This document shows, in pieces, positions 19,538 to 28,290 of a DNA stretch of 63,783 nucleotides. Numbering within the stretch: the stretch's first letter is position 1; the number at the start of each line of letters is the position of its first letter. The position numbers were made by a program, and so were the translations under genes. The notes under the pieces are model-generated. The model did not search any database and was not told the DNA's origin. It saw nothing but the letters and a program-made list of their open reading frames with translations. Source of the DNA: Patescibacteria group bacterium (GTDB lineage Bacteria; Patescibacteriota; Patescibacteriia; UBA10025; JAHIVO01); the NCBI GenBank assembly GCA_018816445.1, contig JAHIVO010000005.1:1-63783 (forward strand), read 5' to 3'.

Positions 19538-21181
19538 GTGAAGGTCTGGAAAATAGTATTGATTCGTTGTGCGCAGCCCATGCTATATGGTGCTGAAACA
19601 AAAAGCTTGTATTCACCCAACAGAACATTGACACCTGAACCAACCTTAGCACAGCTGCAAGGGATTATTCAAGACTTTTCAAAATCTACAGATATTCCCT
19701 TTGAAGTTGTTCAGTTGGATCTGCGTGATCCTGTAAACGGAACTGTAAGCGAGGTCCAGTACGGTATCTTAGCGCTTACCTATTTGGATGAACCTCTGCG
19801 CAAGGTTTATTCGGGAATTTTCATTGACGATGTGACTAATATCTTGGATAGCGCTGACGTGATTGGTTTTACTAACAATTTTGCCATGAGCAGAAAAGTA
19901 GTAGCTGATCATATAGCTAAGGCAAGGGCGTTGTGGCCGGATACGGAGATCTGGATCGGCGGCCGTGATGTTTTCACCAAGCGAGTGGAGCAGGTATACA
20001 CCAATGCCGCAGACAACAGAAACACGGTTGTGTTTAGGGGCCATGTGTATGATTCCCTGCCCGCATATTTATCGTGGCGGATTCGGGGGGTCGGCGAGCC
20101 GTTCGGAGTCAGCGTGTTTGATGACCAAGGCCGGGAAACCAGAGTTGAGGAACGATCACTATTGCCAGAAGTAATAAGCGGGGTCAGGAATTTTCCGTTG
20201 CCCAGGTACATCTGCCCAGAATCACTGGACCATTTTATCGGTTCTGGCGAAGGCCAGCCCAGTTCGCCGTTCGGCCGTTTTGTCCACATGTCAATCACTA
20301 TCGGTTGTCCACACGCTTGTGGCTACTGTACAACGGGGTGCCGTGAGCGGTATCTTGTTTGGAAGGACATGGTAACCTTGGAGTCAGAACTGGAGATGTA
20401 CAAACGGATGGGTGTTCAGACTATAGCCATTATGGATGACAATCTTCTTGATCTAATTAATCATCTGGGAGTGGAAGGTTTTGTCCGGATAATGGAGAGA
20501 GTCAACAGCTACGGGTTTAGGCTGGAGTATGGTAATGGTCTGCAGTTAAGCCTTTTGTCGAAATACTGGGATCAGATAAAAGAGCCAGTTTTCGACAGAT
20601 GTGAAAGCCTATACGCACCCTTGGAAGATTTAACCAGGGACAGATTATACGACAAGCTTGATGACACCCTTACGCAGCTTGGGCTGATGCAGTTGATTGC
20701 CAGTGAAGCGCCGGATCGCTTGAAATACGTTACCATGGGCGTAATTGTGGGGGTGCCTCTGCATACTAAAGAGGCTCTGCAAACGACTTTTTTAGAAAAT
20801 GTTGCGAGGTTCTTAAGCGTTTTTCGCAACAGCCGGCTGGAAGTAGGCATGACAGTCTTTAATTTCATGCCGCTGCCAGGAACTAAATTCGGCGAGCAAG
20901 CTTTGGATAGCGGACGCATGGTGGTGGCTGATCCGATTGCTGAGGATCCCGAGGTATGTAGTTTTGGCACCACTAGTTATGCTCCACCTGGCATGACTCA
21001 CAAAGAGGTGTTTAGGGCGTATATAAGTGCTCTTAACCTTAATCCAGCTGGTAAGAAGCTAGGAGTTGACTATGTGACACTACAGAGATTAGGCGCAAGA
21101 GCCTTGCCAGAAGGCGAGCGTCACAGGATTCCTGAACATTGGAAAACGCCTGGTTATCATTTAAGGGCCAGGGTTGAGTAG
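19538..21181 (+). CDS. B12-binding-domain-type radical SAM protein
   Basis: CPHACGYC (CX3CX2C) about 270 aa in, after a Rossmann-like N-terminal domain. A GTG start follows the SD AAGGAG. GC is about 50% by eye. Confidence 0.8.
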   Translation: MKVWKIVLIRCAQPMLYGAETKSLYSPNRTLTPEPTLAQLQGIIQDFSKSTDIPFEVVQLDLRDPVNGTVSEVQYGILALTYLDEPLRKVYSGIFIDDVTNILDSADVIGFTNNFAMSRKVVADHIAKARALWPDTEIWIGGRDVFTKRVEQVYTNAADNRNTVVFRGHVYDSLPAYLSWRIRGVGEPFGVSVFDDQGRETRVEERSLLPEVISGVRNFPLPRYICPESLDHFIGSGEGQPSSPFGRFVHMSITIGCPHACGYCTTGCRERYLVWKDMVTLESELEMYKRMGVQTIAIMDDNLLDLINHLGVEGFVRIMERVNSYGFRLEYGNGLQLSLLSKYWDQIKEPVFDRCESLYAPLEDLTRDRLYDKLDDTLTQLGLMQLIASEAPDRLKYVTMGVIVGVPLHTKEALQTTFLENVARFLSVFRNSRLEVGMTVFNFMPLPGTKFGEQALDSGRMVVADPIAEDPEVCSFGTTSYAPPGMTHKEVFRAYISALNLNPAGKKLGVDYVTLQRLGARALPEGERHRIPEHWKTPGYHLRARVE

Positions 21182-21198
21182 AAGCACTGTTTGATTAT

Positions 21199-21231
21199 AG
21201 GCTGTCTTATTAAAAGAGACAGCCTATTTTT
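21199..21231 (+). terminator. rho-independent terminator
   Basis: Stem aggctgtct/agacagcct followed by a T-run. Confidence 0.7.
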
Positions 21232-21252
21232 AATTTGAAAAAATTTAAATTA

Positions 21253-22743
21253 TCACTCATTAAATTCAAACCGCGCCTTAAAATGGCGCAGCGGCAAATC
21301 ACGGCCATAAGTCACATTAATTGGCGGAATTTTATCTTTATTTTTGTACAGCAACAGCATGGCTTCGGCAACCGAATCCAGATCCTGCTTTTCGTATTTT
21401 AATCTGGGGATGGCGAATCTTATATAATTTACTTCAGGAAAAATTTCCTTTTTAGTTTTTTTATTATATGAACCAAAAGCAAAATAGCCTAGTTCGCAGG
21501 CACGGTGGCCATAGGCTGCGAGTAAAATTGCTGTTAAGGATATGCCGCCAAAGTCTTCAGGTTTCATGGCTGTGCCAGTGAAGAACTTATTAATATCAAG
21601 GTAAACAGCATGACCACCAACTGGCATGACAATTGGCAATCCCTGTTCATGCATAGTTTGCCCAAATTCTTGCACCTGGCTGATGCGATGCGTTAAATAC
21701 TCCTGTTTAGTTACTGTTTTGAGGCCGCTGACCAAAGTCATAATGCTGCGGCCGGATAGTCCGCCATAAGTGGGGTGCCCTTCTTTTATAATCTGATAGT
21801 TTAATAGAGTATCGGGAAAAGTTGGATATTTTTTTAAGAACAGCCCGTTGTTTTTTAAGAACAGCCCGCCGCCCATATTGGTCAGTCCGTCTTTTTTAAA
21901 ACTTATTGTAAAGCCATCCACATAAGAGAACATCTGTTTGACAATATCTTTAATATCTTTGGTTTGCCAGTCTGGTTCGTATTCATGGATAAACCAGGCG
22001 TTTTCTGCAAACCGGCACGCATCAAAAAATAGTGGGATATTGTAGTGATGGACTAAATCCGCCACTTCTTTGATATTAGCCATGGACACTGGCTGGCCCC
22101 CTCCGGTATTGTTGGTTATGGTCAAGTAAATTAGGGGAATTTTTTCTTTTTTTTCATCCAGTAAATTTTTTAGTTTAGCTATGTCCATGTTGCCTTTGAA
22201 ATGGGAGTTGGAAGCTTCATTGTGCAGTTCCTCGGAAAAAAGATTCACGGCCTTGATATTGTTAGCCTCAATATTGGCCTGGGTCGTGTCAAAATGTCCA
22301 TTACTCGGGATAATGAGTCCAGCACCTGTTTTCCCAAGCAAAGAAAAAAGAGCGTCTTCGCAAGCTCTGCCCTGATGAAATATAAAGGCATTGGGTTTAT
22401 TTAAAGTTGGATCATTAAAAAATTCCGGCCCGAAAGTTTCCTTAATCCGGTTTATCAATAGAAAATATCCTTTATTAGAGCCGTAAGCCTCATCTCCGCG
22501 GAAAAGCGCGGCCCACTGCTCATTAGTCATAGTTGTGGTGCCGGAGTCAGACAGCATGTCACAGCCGGTAATCATTTCCGACGGGAAAAAGAAAACATTT
22601 AAACCGACTTTTTCCAAAGTGGCAGCTCGTTCTTCTGCTGTGTAATTTTTTTTGAAAAAAACCGAGTGGTTGCTGTATGGCCGGGCTTTGTTGACCAGCT
22701 GGTTTTCGTCAGGCATGTTTGAGATTAGTTTTGATAGATTCAT
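21253..22743 (-). CDS. beta-eliminating lyase (tryptophanase / tyrosine phenol-lyase family)
   Basis: 496-aa ORF with the PLP-lysine region SFKKDGLTNMGG. Length and N-terminal pattern fit the family. Confidence 0.85.
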   Translation of the reverse strand: MNLSKLISNMPDENQLVNKARPYSNHSVFFKKNYTAEERAATLEKVGLNVFFFPSEMITGCDMLSDSGTTTMTNEQWAALFRGDEAYGSNKGYFLLINRIKETFGPEFFNDPTLNKPNAFIFHQGRACEDALFSLLGKTGAGLIIPSNGHFDTTQANIEANNIKAVNLFSEELHNEASNSHFKGNMDIAKLKNLLDEKKEKIPLIYLTITNNTGGGQPVSMANIKEVADLVHHYNIPLFFDACRFAENAWFIHEYEPDWQTKDIKDIVKQMFSYVDGFTISFKKDGLTNMGGGLFLKNNGLFLKKYPTFPDTLLNYQIIKEGHPTYGGLSGRSIMTLVSGLKTVTKQEYLTHRISQVQEFGQTMHEQGLPIVMPVGGHAVYLDINKFFTGTAMKPEDFGGISLTAILLAAYGHRACELGYFAFGSYNKKTKKEIFPEVNYIRFAIPRLKYEKQDLDSVAEAMLLLYKNKDKIPPINVTYGRDLPLRHFKARFEFNE

Positions 22744-22756
22744 ATCTTTTTAACTA

Positions 22757-22893
22757 TTTTTTGGCGGGCCACTCGGGCCTGCCCGCCGTAGCCTTGGCGG
22801 AGGCGGGTTAAGTATCCAAGTTATATAAGTATTGTAAGGGTATTTCGATCATTTTTCCAGAAGGCGTTTTGGGGCACGTGGGTCGAGAGCCAC
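22757..22893 (-). repeat. repeat family copy A (promoter-like box plus GC-rich leader)
   Basis: Aligns with 25911..26045. Shared blocks are ttttggcgggccactc, ggcgg.aggcgggttaagta and atttttcc...ttttg.ggcacg.gggtcg. Read on the minus strand it contains TACAAT and TATATAA boxes and ends 14 nt before the lyase ATG. Confidence 0.7.
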
Positions 22894-23036
22894 TTTGATA
22901 TATATCTGATGAAGCTATTGTCTTTTTTTGTTATTAATAATTATTTATGTATTAACTTAATAGGTCACTAAGATTAGGATTATCATTACAATTACTAAGC
23001 CAATTGTTGCAAGGACTAATCTCTATGTTGCATTTT

Positions 23037-23837
23037 TTAAATTTTATATTCTTCACGAATAAATCCCCATTTGACTAAAGTGTTTTTTTCTAATCTTTTG
23101 AATATTATTTCTTCTATAAAAATACTTATCAAGGATATTACTATTATACCCACTATTACTTTATCAAAATCAAAATACCATTGAGACATCCAAATAAATT
23201 TTCCCAAACCTCCCAACATTACTACCAACATTTCTGCACCTATCAAAGATCTCCATGCCGAACCAAAACCGAGTTTTAACCCAGTGATAATCTGAGGAAA
23301 GGCACACGGCAGAATTACACCCAATACTATTTTAAGTTTATTGAAACCTAAATTTTTTGCAGCCAAAACATATTCGATATTAATGTTTTGAACGCCGCTG
23401 ATAACATTGTATATAATCCTCACAAAGCTGGAGATAAAAATGACAAACCAAATAGCTTCTCTCGTAAATCCTAAAAATAATATTATAAAAGGTAGCCACG
23501 CTAATGATGGAATCGGGTAAATTGCTGATAAAATTGGATGAAAAATCTTATAAATGGTCCTGTTGATTCCCATTATAGTCCCGAAAACCACAGCACAAAT
23601 CATTGCCAAGATAAATGGGGGTATTAGATTCAACAAACTTTTTAATATTAAATCCGGAAGTGTTCCGTCTACAATTAATTGCAAAAAAGATGAGAAGGTT
23701 TCAATAGGAGAAGGAAATAACCATCCCACATTTTGATTAAAATAATAAAAAATATACCAAAAAATTAAAATAATCAAAAAAGGTATTGATCCTAAGGCGA
23801 TTGGTCTAATTAGTCGAATAGATTTCATTTTGAGCAT
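23037..23837 (-). CDS. ABC transporter permease (NitT/TauT-type)
   Basis: 266-aa ORF with 6 TM helices, last in a three-gene operon with an ATPase and a binding protein. Confidence 0.8.
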   Translation of the reverse strand: MLKMKSIRLIRPIALGSIPFLIILIFWYIFYYFNQNVGWLFPSPIETFSSFLQLIVDGTLPDLILKSLLNLIPPFILAMICAVVFGTIMGINRTIYKIFHPILSAIYPIPSLAWLPFIILFLGFTREAIWFVIFISSFVRIIYNVISGVQNINIEYVLAAKNLGFNKLKIVLGVILPCAFPQIITGLKLGFGSAWRSLIGAEMLVVMLGGLGKFIWMSQWYFDFDKVIVGIIVISLISIFIEEIIFKRLEKNTLVKWGFIREEYKI

Positions 23838-24840
23838 CTTTTAGCTTTTTTTCAAAACTTAGGTCGTAAATTTGATCCAAAGTAAGATTTGAGTCTATCT
23901 GTCCAATTTCTACGGCTATTTCTGCCATTTCAATCAAAACCGTTGGGTCATCCCATAGGGTGAATGTTAGTATCTTGTTTTCCCACATTGCGTTTAAATT
24001 TTCTGGCACGTATACAAGCGCGCCGCTGGTATCTGTTTCAATGTACGAAGAAACTGTCGCCGCGGACTCTTCAGGGTTTAATTTCATAAATCTATGACCA
24101 TCAATAAGGCCATCAATAAATTGTTCCACCAAAAGCGGGTGGGCACGCTTAAACTCTTCATTAACGACTATAACGGTATCAAGCTTATAGCGGTTGTCAT
24201 ATCCTTTTGTCTCCCATTCTTCCAAGGGAACAGCGTCAAGCTCCGAATATTTTGCCAAATCCTCATAATCTATTGGAACAGCATCAACTATCTTTTTCTC
24301 CATTAAAGCAATAGGTCTGTTTATTTTATCGATAATATTGACAAAATTTATTTCACTGATGTCTATTTTTTCTTTTTTAAGAATGCGTCTGATTTCATAC
24401 TCATTGATCCCACCCGGAGAAATGGCAATTGACTTTCCCTCAAGGTCTTTGAATGTTCTTGTATTGTTATCTGGCCTGACATAAAGGTAAGTATGGGTAA
24501 AAGACATAGGTGCTATGACTTTAATCGGAACACCTTTGGAAATCGGGATAAGAAAGTTAGAAGCGCCAGCAAAAGCGATGTCAATCTGCCCTGCGGAAAT
24601 CGCCTGTTTTACCTCACTGCCGGAACTTAGCGGAACAGTTTCTATTTTAATATTATGTTCATCAAAAAAACCTTTAACCAAAGCAATATAAAATGGTGCG
24701 CCATTCATATTCCCCGGCATATAACCGAATCTGATTAAATTGGTTTCTGGGGACGGGTTGGGCCAAAAATAAAACAAGGCAACAACCAAAAGAGCCAGAC
24801 AAATTAATAATATGCCATAAAATACTCTTTTTCTTTTCAT
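23806..24840 (-). CDS. ABC transporter substrate-binding protein (NMT1/THI5-like)
   Basis: 344-aa ORF with an N-terminal anchor and a periplasmic-binding-fold layout. It overlaps both neighbouring genes. Confidence 0.7.
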   Translation of the reverse strand: MKRKRVFYGILLICLALLVVALFYFWPNPSPETNLIRFGYMPGNMNGAPFYIALVKGFFDEHNIKIETVPLSSGSEVKQAISAGQIDIAFAGASNFLIPISKGVPIKVIAPMSFTHTYLYVRPDNNTRTFKDLEGKSIAISPGGINEYEIRRILKKEKIDISEINFVNIIDKINRPIALMEKKIVDAVPIDYEDLAKYSELDAVPLEEWETKGYDNRYKLDTVIVVNEEFKRAHPLLVEQFIDGLIDGHRFMKLNPEESAATVSSYIETDTSGALVYVPENLNAMWENKILTFTLWDDPTVLIEMAEIAVEIGQIDSNLTLDQIYDLSFEKKLKDAQNEIYSTN

Positions 24841-25655
24841 AAGATTTCTCCTTTCTTAGTTAAATTTAATATATGTAACAACGATTCTTCCATTAAAGGG
24901 TTTTTTATTGCTTTTTCAAATTCTTCAGATAAATCTTTTTCAATTTCTATATTTAATTTGATAAAATCTGGATTCAGTGAATCTCTCGGCCGAGGAAGAT
25001 CTATTTGGTATGTTTTTTTTATTACAGCCGGACGAGCGGACAGAAGGTAAATTTTATCAGCCAAAGAGATCGCCTCATTGGGGCTGTGGGTGACAAAGAT
25101 TATTGTTTTTTTGGTTTTTTGCCAGATTGTTTCCAAATTTTTTCTTAAAAATTTCCGATGCTGTAAATCCAAAGCGGCAAAAGGCTCATCCATTAACAAA
25201 AGCTTTGGATTTGCCACTAAAGCCCTAGCCAAAGCAACGCGCTGTTGCATGCCACCAGAAAGCTTATAAGGATACCAGTCTCTAAATGCGATAAGTCCCA
25301 TCATGTCTAAATATCGCACAATGAGGGCATCTTTTTCGCTATTAGTCAGTGTTGATTTATCAAGAGCAAATAAAATATTTTTGTAAACCGTTTTCCATGG
25401 AAAAAGAACATAATTCTGAAAAATCATCATGCGGTTACAATTAGGTTCCGAAATAGATGCGTTTTCCATTAATATTTTGCCTTCCGTTGGTTTCAAAAAA
25501 CCAGCAATTAAATAAAGAAGAATAGTTTTACCACAACCACTGGGGCCAAGAATACATACAAATTCCCCATTCTCGGCGGAAATGCTAACATCTTTAAGAA
25601 CTTCAAAATCATCATTTTCGCCAAAAAATTTATTTACCCTTAATAAATCTAACAT
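24837..25655 (-). CDS. ABC transporter ATP-binding protein
   Basis: GPSGCGKT, LSGGMQQRVALARAL and LLMDEPFAALD. Confidence 0.9.
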   Translation of the reverse strand: MLDLLRVNKFFGENDDFEVLKDVSISAENGEFVCILGPSGCGKTILLYLIAGFLKPTEGKILMENASISEPNCNRMMIFQNYVLFPWKTVYKNILFALDKSTLTNSEKDALIVRYLDMMGLIAFRDWYPYKLSGGMQQRVALARALVANPKLLLMDEPFAALDLQHRKFLRKNLETIWQKTKKTIIFVTHSPNEAISLADKIYLLSARPAVIKKTYQIDLPRPRDSLNPDFIKLNIEIEKDLSEEFEKAIKNPLMEESLLHILNLTKKGEIL

Positions 25656-25910
25656 AAGTAAATTAATTCACGTAAAATTTATATAGTTTGCTTCTCTATC
25701 TGTCATTATTGATCCTATCAAGTGCCCGAGGGAATTACCAAATAACTTATTTCTATCCGAATATAGGCCATTCTGAGTCTATATATTAAATGGTATTGAA
25801 TTTCAGCAAATTACGCAAGAATTTATGTAGGATATTTTATGTAGGAGCAATTAATGTATAGCAAAACCTGAGCGATGTTAAGGCACTCAGGTTGGCTCCG
25901 ATACTAAGTT

Positions 25911-26045
25911 CTTTTGGCGGGCCACTCCCTCCTTCACTTACGTTTCGGCGGGCAGGCGGGTTAAGTACCCGGATTATACAAGTATTATAGGGCTTTCTGA
26001 TTATTTTTCCGGTGGTCATTTTGAGGCACGAGGGTCGGAGTTTGG
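25911..26045 (-). repeat. repeat family copy B
   Basis: See copy A. The minus strand contains TATAAT and TTGTATAAT. Confidence 0.7.
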
Positions 26046-26073
26046 TAATGTATGAAAGAATGGCTTGTTACTT

Positions 26074-27147
26074 TTAATTTCCGTTTTTCAAAAATGGTTT
26101 AATTACCTCAAGCATGGGTCTCTCGGTGCCATCAAATCGAATAAAGCCCCAATTAGATCCGTCGTCTGTCATTTCATCTTTTAGCAGATGCGTGTCGCTC
26201 CAATAAAACCAAGTGACGGGAATATTATTTGTATCCGCCTCGGCATAAAGAAACGCCGCCAATCTGGCCTGCTCCATTTCGCCCACTTCGCTAGCTGGCT
26301 GGCCGATTTCACTGATAACCAGCGGCCAACGATTATTATATTTTGCTAGCAGCGATTGTTCATGGGCGATTGCTGTCTTGACTTGATCTTCCTGCAAGTA
26401 TGGATTAGCTGCATACGGATGAAAGCTCAAATCATCAAAATAATCACCGCCGCCCAAGGCCAGAACCTGGTCATCAAAATCTGAGCCATTAGTTGCTTCG
26501 GCGCCAAGGGTCACAACGACTTTGGCATTGGGGTTCGCTTTCTTGACGATGGGATAAGTAGCTTTGAGAAGCTGAACAAATTCTGCCGGTGAGCCGTACC
26601 TATTTTCATTGAGACTGGGTTCGCCCCATATTTCCCAAAAATAAATAATATTTTTATTGGCGCTGACTGAGTCTCTGACATAACTTTGCCACTCCGACAT
26701 CTCTTTAGGCGTAAAGGCCTGGTCCGCCGGAATGTCATAACTTCCCTGTAGCGAACCTATGGGATACAGTCCTTGCTTTGCAGCTTGGACAGCCATCTTG
26801 TTAGCGACGGAATTATTATTCTGGAAATGATAATTCAACTTAACTCCGTCAAAGCCAGCTGATTTAATATTTTTCATGTCTTTTCCAGCTTCAGCGATGA
26901 TTTGGGAAATAGACATATCCTTGCCACCAAAGATGGAGGAAAGGATACCTAATTGGAGCGAATATCGATAGTATACGCTTTGACTGGGATACGATTGTGT
27001 TGGGACGTCAAGTTTGGTTAATCGCGGTATGACGAAAAATTGGTACGCGTAATACCCGGCAACCACGATCAGACCCAGCAAAAGAATTCTAACTAGGATA
27101 CTGGACTTTTTTTTTGGCTTTGATGATGTTTTTTTTGTTTTATCCAC
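26074..27147 (-). CDS. membrane-anchored TIM-barrel glycoside hydrolase (clan GH-A-like)
   Basis: FWEIWGEPS (NEP-like acid/base motif) and ISEIGQP (nucleophile-like motif), with an N-terminal TM helix. Confidence 0.55.
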   Translation of the reverse strand: MDKTKKTSSKPKKKSSILVRILLLGLIVVAGYYAYQFFVIPRLTKLDVPTQSYPSQSVYYRYSLQLGILSSIFGGKDMSISQIIAEAGKDMKNIKSAGFDGVKLNYHFQNNNSVANKMAVQAAKQGLYPIGSLQGSYDIPADQAFTPKEMSEWQSYVRDSVSANKNIIYFWEIWGEPSLNENRYGSPAEFVQLLKATYPIVKKANPNAKVVVTLGAEATNGSDFDDQVLALGGGDYFDDLSFHPYAANPYLQEDQVKTAIAHEQSLLAKYNNRWPLVISEIGQPASEVGEMEQARLAAFLYAEADTNNIPVTWFYWSDTHLLKDEMTDDGSNWGFIRFDGTERPMLEVIKPFLKNGN

Positions 27148-27258
27148 TTTATTGTTTGTATTATAATCTTAATTTTCAACTTGGCTGTGAATAAACCTTG
27201 TTTGGATCCGTGAAATTTAATCCCAGACGAAATCTTCGAATAGAAACCTTTTATATGA

Positions 27259-27410
27259 CACTCGGGCTTTCCCGCCATACTTCGCAAAGCAAGGTACTCC
27301 CCCCTTCCCCTGAAACTAGTTCAGGGTTCGGAGGGCAGGCGGGTCGCATCCGATAAAAAGTTGTCGATCCGGAGAGGGTGGTCCCGCCATTAGGCTGGAT
27401 TTCGTCGTTC
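27259..27410 (-). repeat. repeat family copy C (diverged)
   Basis: Shares cactcgggc with copy A and gg.gggcaggcgggt with copy B. It lies upstream of the glycoside hydrolase gene, with a TACAATAC box at about 27425 on the minus strand. Confidence 0.5.
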
Positions 27411-27466
27411 AATTTTATTGTATTGTACTCCTCAAGATTCTTTTTTAAAATCGGTGGGGGAGGGAT

Positions 27467-27515
27467 TCGCCACGGGATAAACTAGGGGCGTCCCATTTAG
27501 TAACGGGGCGAGAGT
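27467..27515. repeat. 49-nt double-hairpin repeat, copy D1
   Basis: ttcgccacgggataaactaggggcgtcccatttagtaacggggcgagag. About 80% identical to D2. Confidence 0.7.
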
Positions 27516-27552
27516 CATTCATATTATTAAATGTATAAGTAGTCATCCAGAG

Positions 27553-27639
27553 CGGAGGAGAGAGGATTCGAACCTCTGATACCCTTGCGGGTATACAGCT
27601 TTTCGAGAGCTGCGCCTTCAACCACTCGGCCACTCCTCC
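27553..27639 (-). tRNA. tRNA-Ser (anticodon CGA)
   Basis: Hand-folded cloverleaf: acceptor GGAGGAG/CTCCTCC, anticodon loop CTCGAAA, long variable arm TACCC-GCAA-GGGTA, T-loop TTCGAAT. CCA is not encoded. Confidence 0.9.
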
Positions 27640-27649
27640 GCTCTGGGGA

Positions 27650-27913
27650 TTACTTTTGGATATCAAGTAATAAATCGCGGATTTGTTGTTTTAAGAACCT
27701 CCTGCCTTCGGTTGTTTTTAAATATTTTTCACGTCGCCGAGCGTCTGATTCTCTGGCGTAAACTTCATAATGAATCAACTTTAGGGGACGTCGATTTTTT
27801 GTAGATTCAACTTTACCATTTTTATGCTGTAAAAGCCTTTGGTTTAGTTTATCGGTAAATCCAGTATATAATTATTTGTTAGAGAGTAATAGTATATATA
27901 CGTAATTGTTCAT
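27650..27913 (-). pseudogene. GIY-YIG nuclease (UPF0213-like) with an in-frame TAA at codon 14
   Basis: Translation is MNNYVYILLLSNK*LYTGFTDKLNQRLLQHKNG...EKYLKTTEGRRFLK. This parallels the intact neighbour at 28012..28275. Confidence 0.65.
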
Positions 27914-27927
27914 AATATTGTATTGGT

Positions 27928-27978
27928 TTTCGCCCCGGGATAAACCCGGGGCGTCCCGTCGTATGACGGGACGAGAGC
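27928..27978. repeat. 49-nt double-hairpin repeat, copy D2
   Basis: ttcgccccgggataaacccggggcgtcccgtcgtatgacgggacgagag. Confidence 0.7.
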
Positions 27979-28007
27979 GGCCCGTTCAACCACTCCGGCA
28001 TCCTTCC
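27972..28007 (-). pseudogene. orphan 5' fragment of a class II (Ser-like) tRNA
   Basis: GGAAGGATGCCGGAGTGGTTGAACGGGCCGCTCTCG. This has an acceptor, a D-arm and an anticodon stem, and breaks off after CTCG of the loop. No matching 3' half is seen. Confidence 0.55.
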
Positions 28008-28011
28008 ATAA

Positions 28012-28275
28012 TTACTTTCCTATAGTTTCCATTGTATCAAATAACAAGAATTTTAGTCTTTCTCTTCCTTTGCCGCTCTTTAGAAACTTTTCTTCGGAAT
28101 ATGCATCTTTTTTTGTCAGAAAGGCTTCATAGTATATTAAGTTCCAATCTTTCGCTTTGGAGGTAAATTTTGACTTTCCTGATTTATGTTGCTCTAGGCG
28201 TCTATTAACATTATTTGTAAAACCAATATATTTTTTATTTAATTTTTTACTAAATATTATGTATATATAATACAT
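28012..28275 (-). CDS. GIY-YIG nuclease family protein (UPF0213-like)
   Basis: MYYIYII...YIGFTNNVNRRLEQHKSG...EEKFLKSGKGRERLK. Confidence 0.8.
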   Translation of the reverse strand: MYYIYIIFSKKLNKKYIGFTNNVNRRLEQHKSGKSKFTSKAKDWNLIYYEAFLTKKDAYSEEKFLKSGKGRERLKFLLFDTMETIGK

Positions 28276-28290
28276 CGATGTTTCTATTAT

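Noticed and set aside
19769-20973. Antisense and alternative-frame ORFs within GC-rich genes. Examples are 19909..20298, 20572..20973, 35905..36384, 36834..37217, 32512..32931, 33227..33718, 13426..13929, 49129..49650, 49859..50247 and 55373..55642
   Set aside because: Each overlaps a longer ORF that has clear family motifs. Long shadow ORFs are expected in higher-GC coding DNA.
19538-21181. A viperin-like antiviral radical SAM enzyme, considered because nucleotide-kinase-like genes occur in the window
   Set aside because: The CX3CX2C cluster lies about 270 residues in, after a B12-binding-type domain, whereas in viperins it is near the N-terminus. The kinase-like genes are also 15 kb away.
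25837-26019. 60-aa minus-strand ORF
   Set aside because: It lies inside repeat copy B. There is no RBS, and the equivalent frame is not open in copy A.
27259-27410. RNase P RNA or SRP RNA identity for the GC-rich element C
   Set aside because: It lacks the universal GAGGAAAGUCC-type (RNase P) or SRP domain IV motifs. Its conserved cores are instead shared with repeats A and B.
27445-27666. 73-aa minus-strand ORF
   Set aside because: It overlaps the tRNA-Ser gene and the adjacent hairpin repeat, so its 'protein' is just a translation of structured RNA and repeat DNA.
7708-27913. TAA reassigned as a sense codon
   Set aside because: Most well-supported genes in the window terminate at TAA at the expected length. 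Only isolated in-frame cases exist, so pseudogenes, assembly errors or non-canonical starts are more economical explanations.
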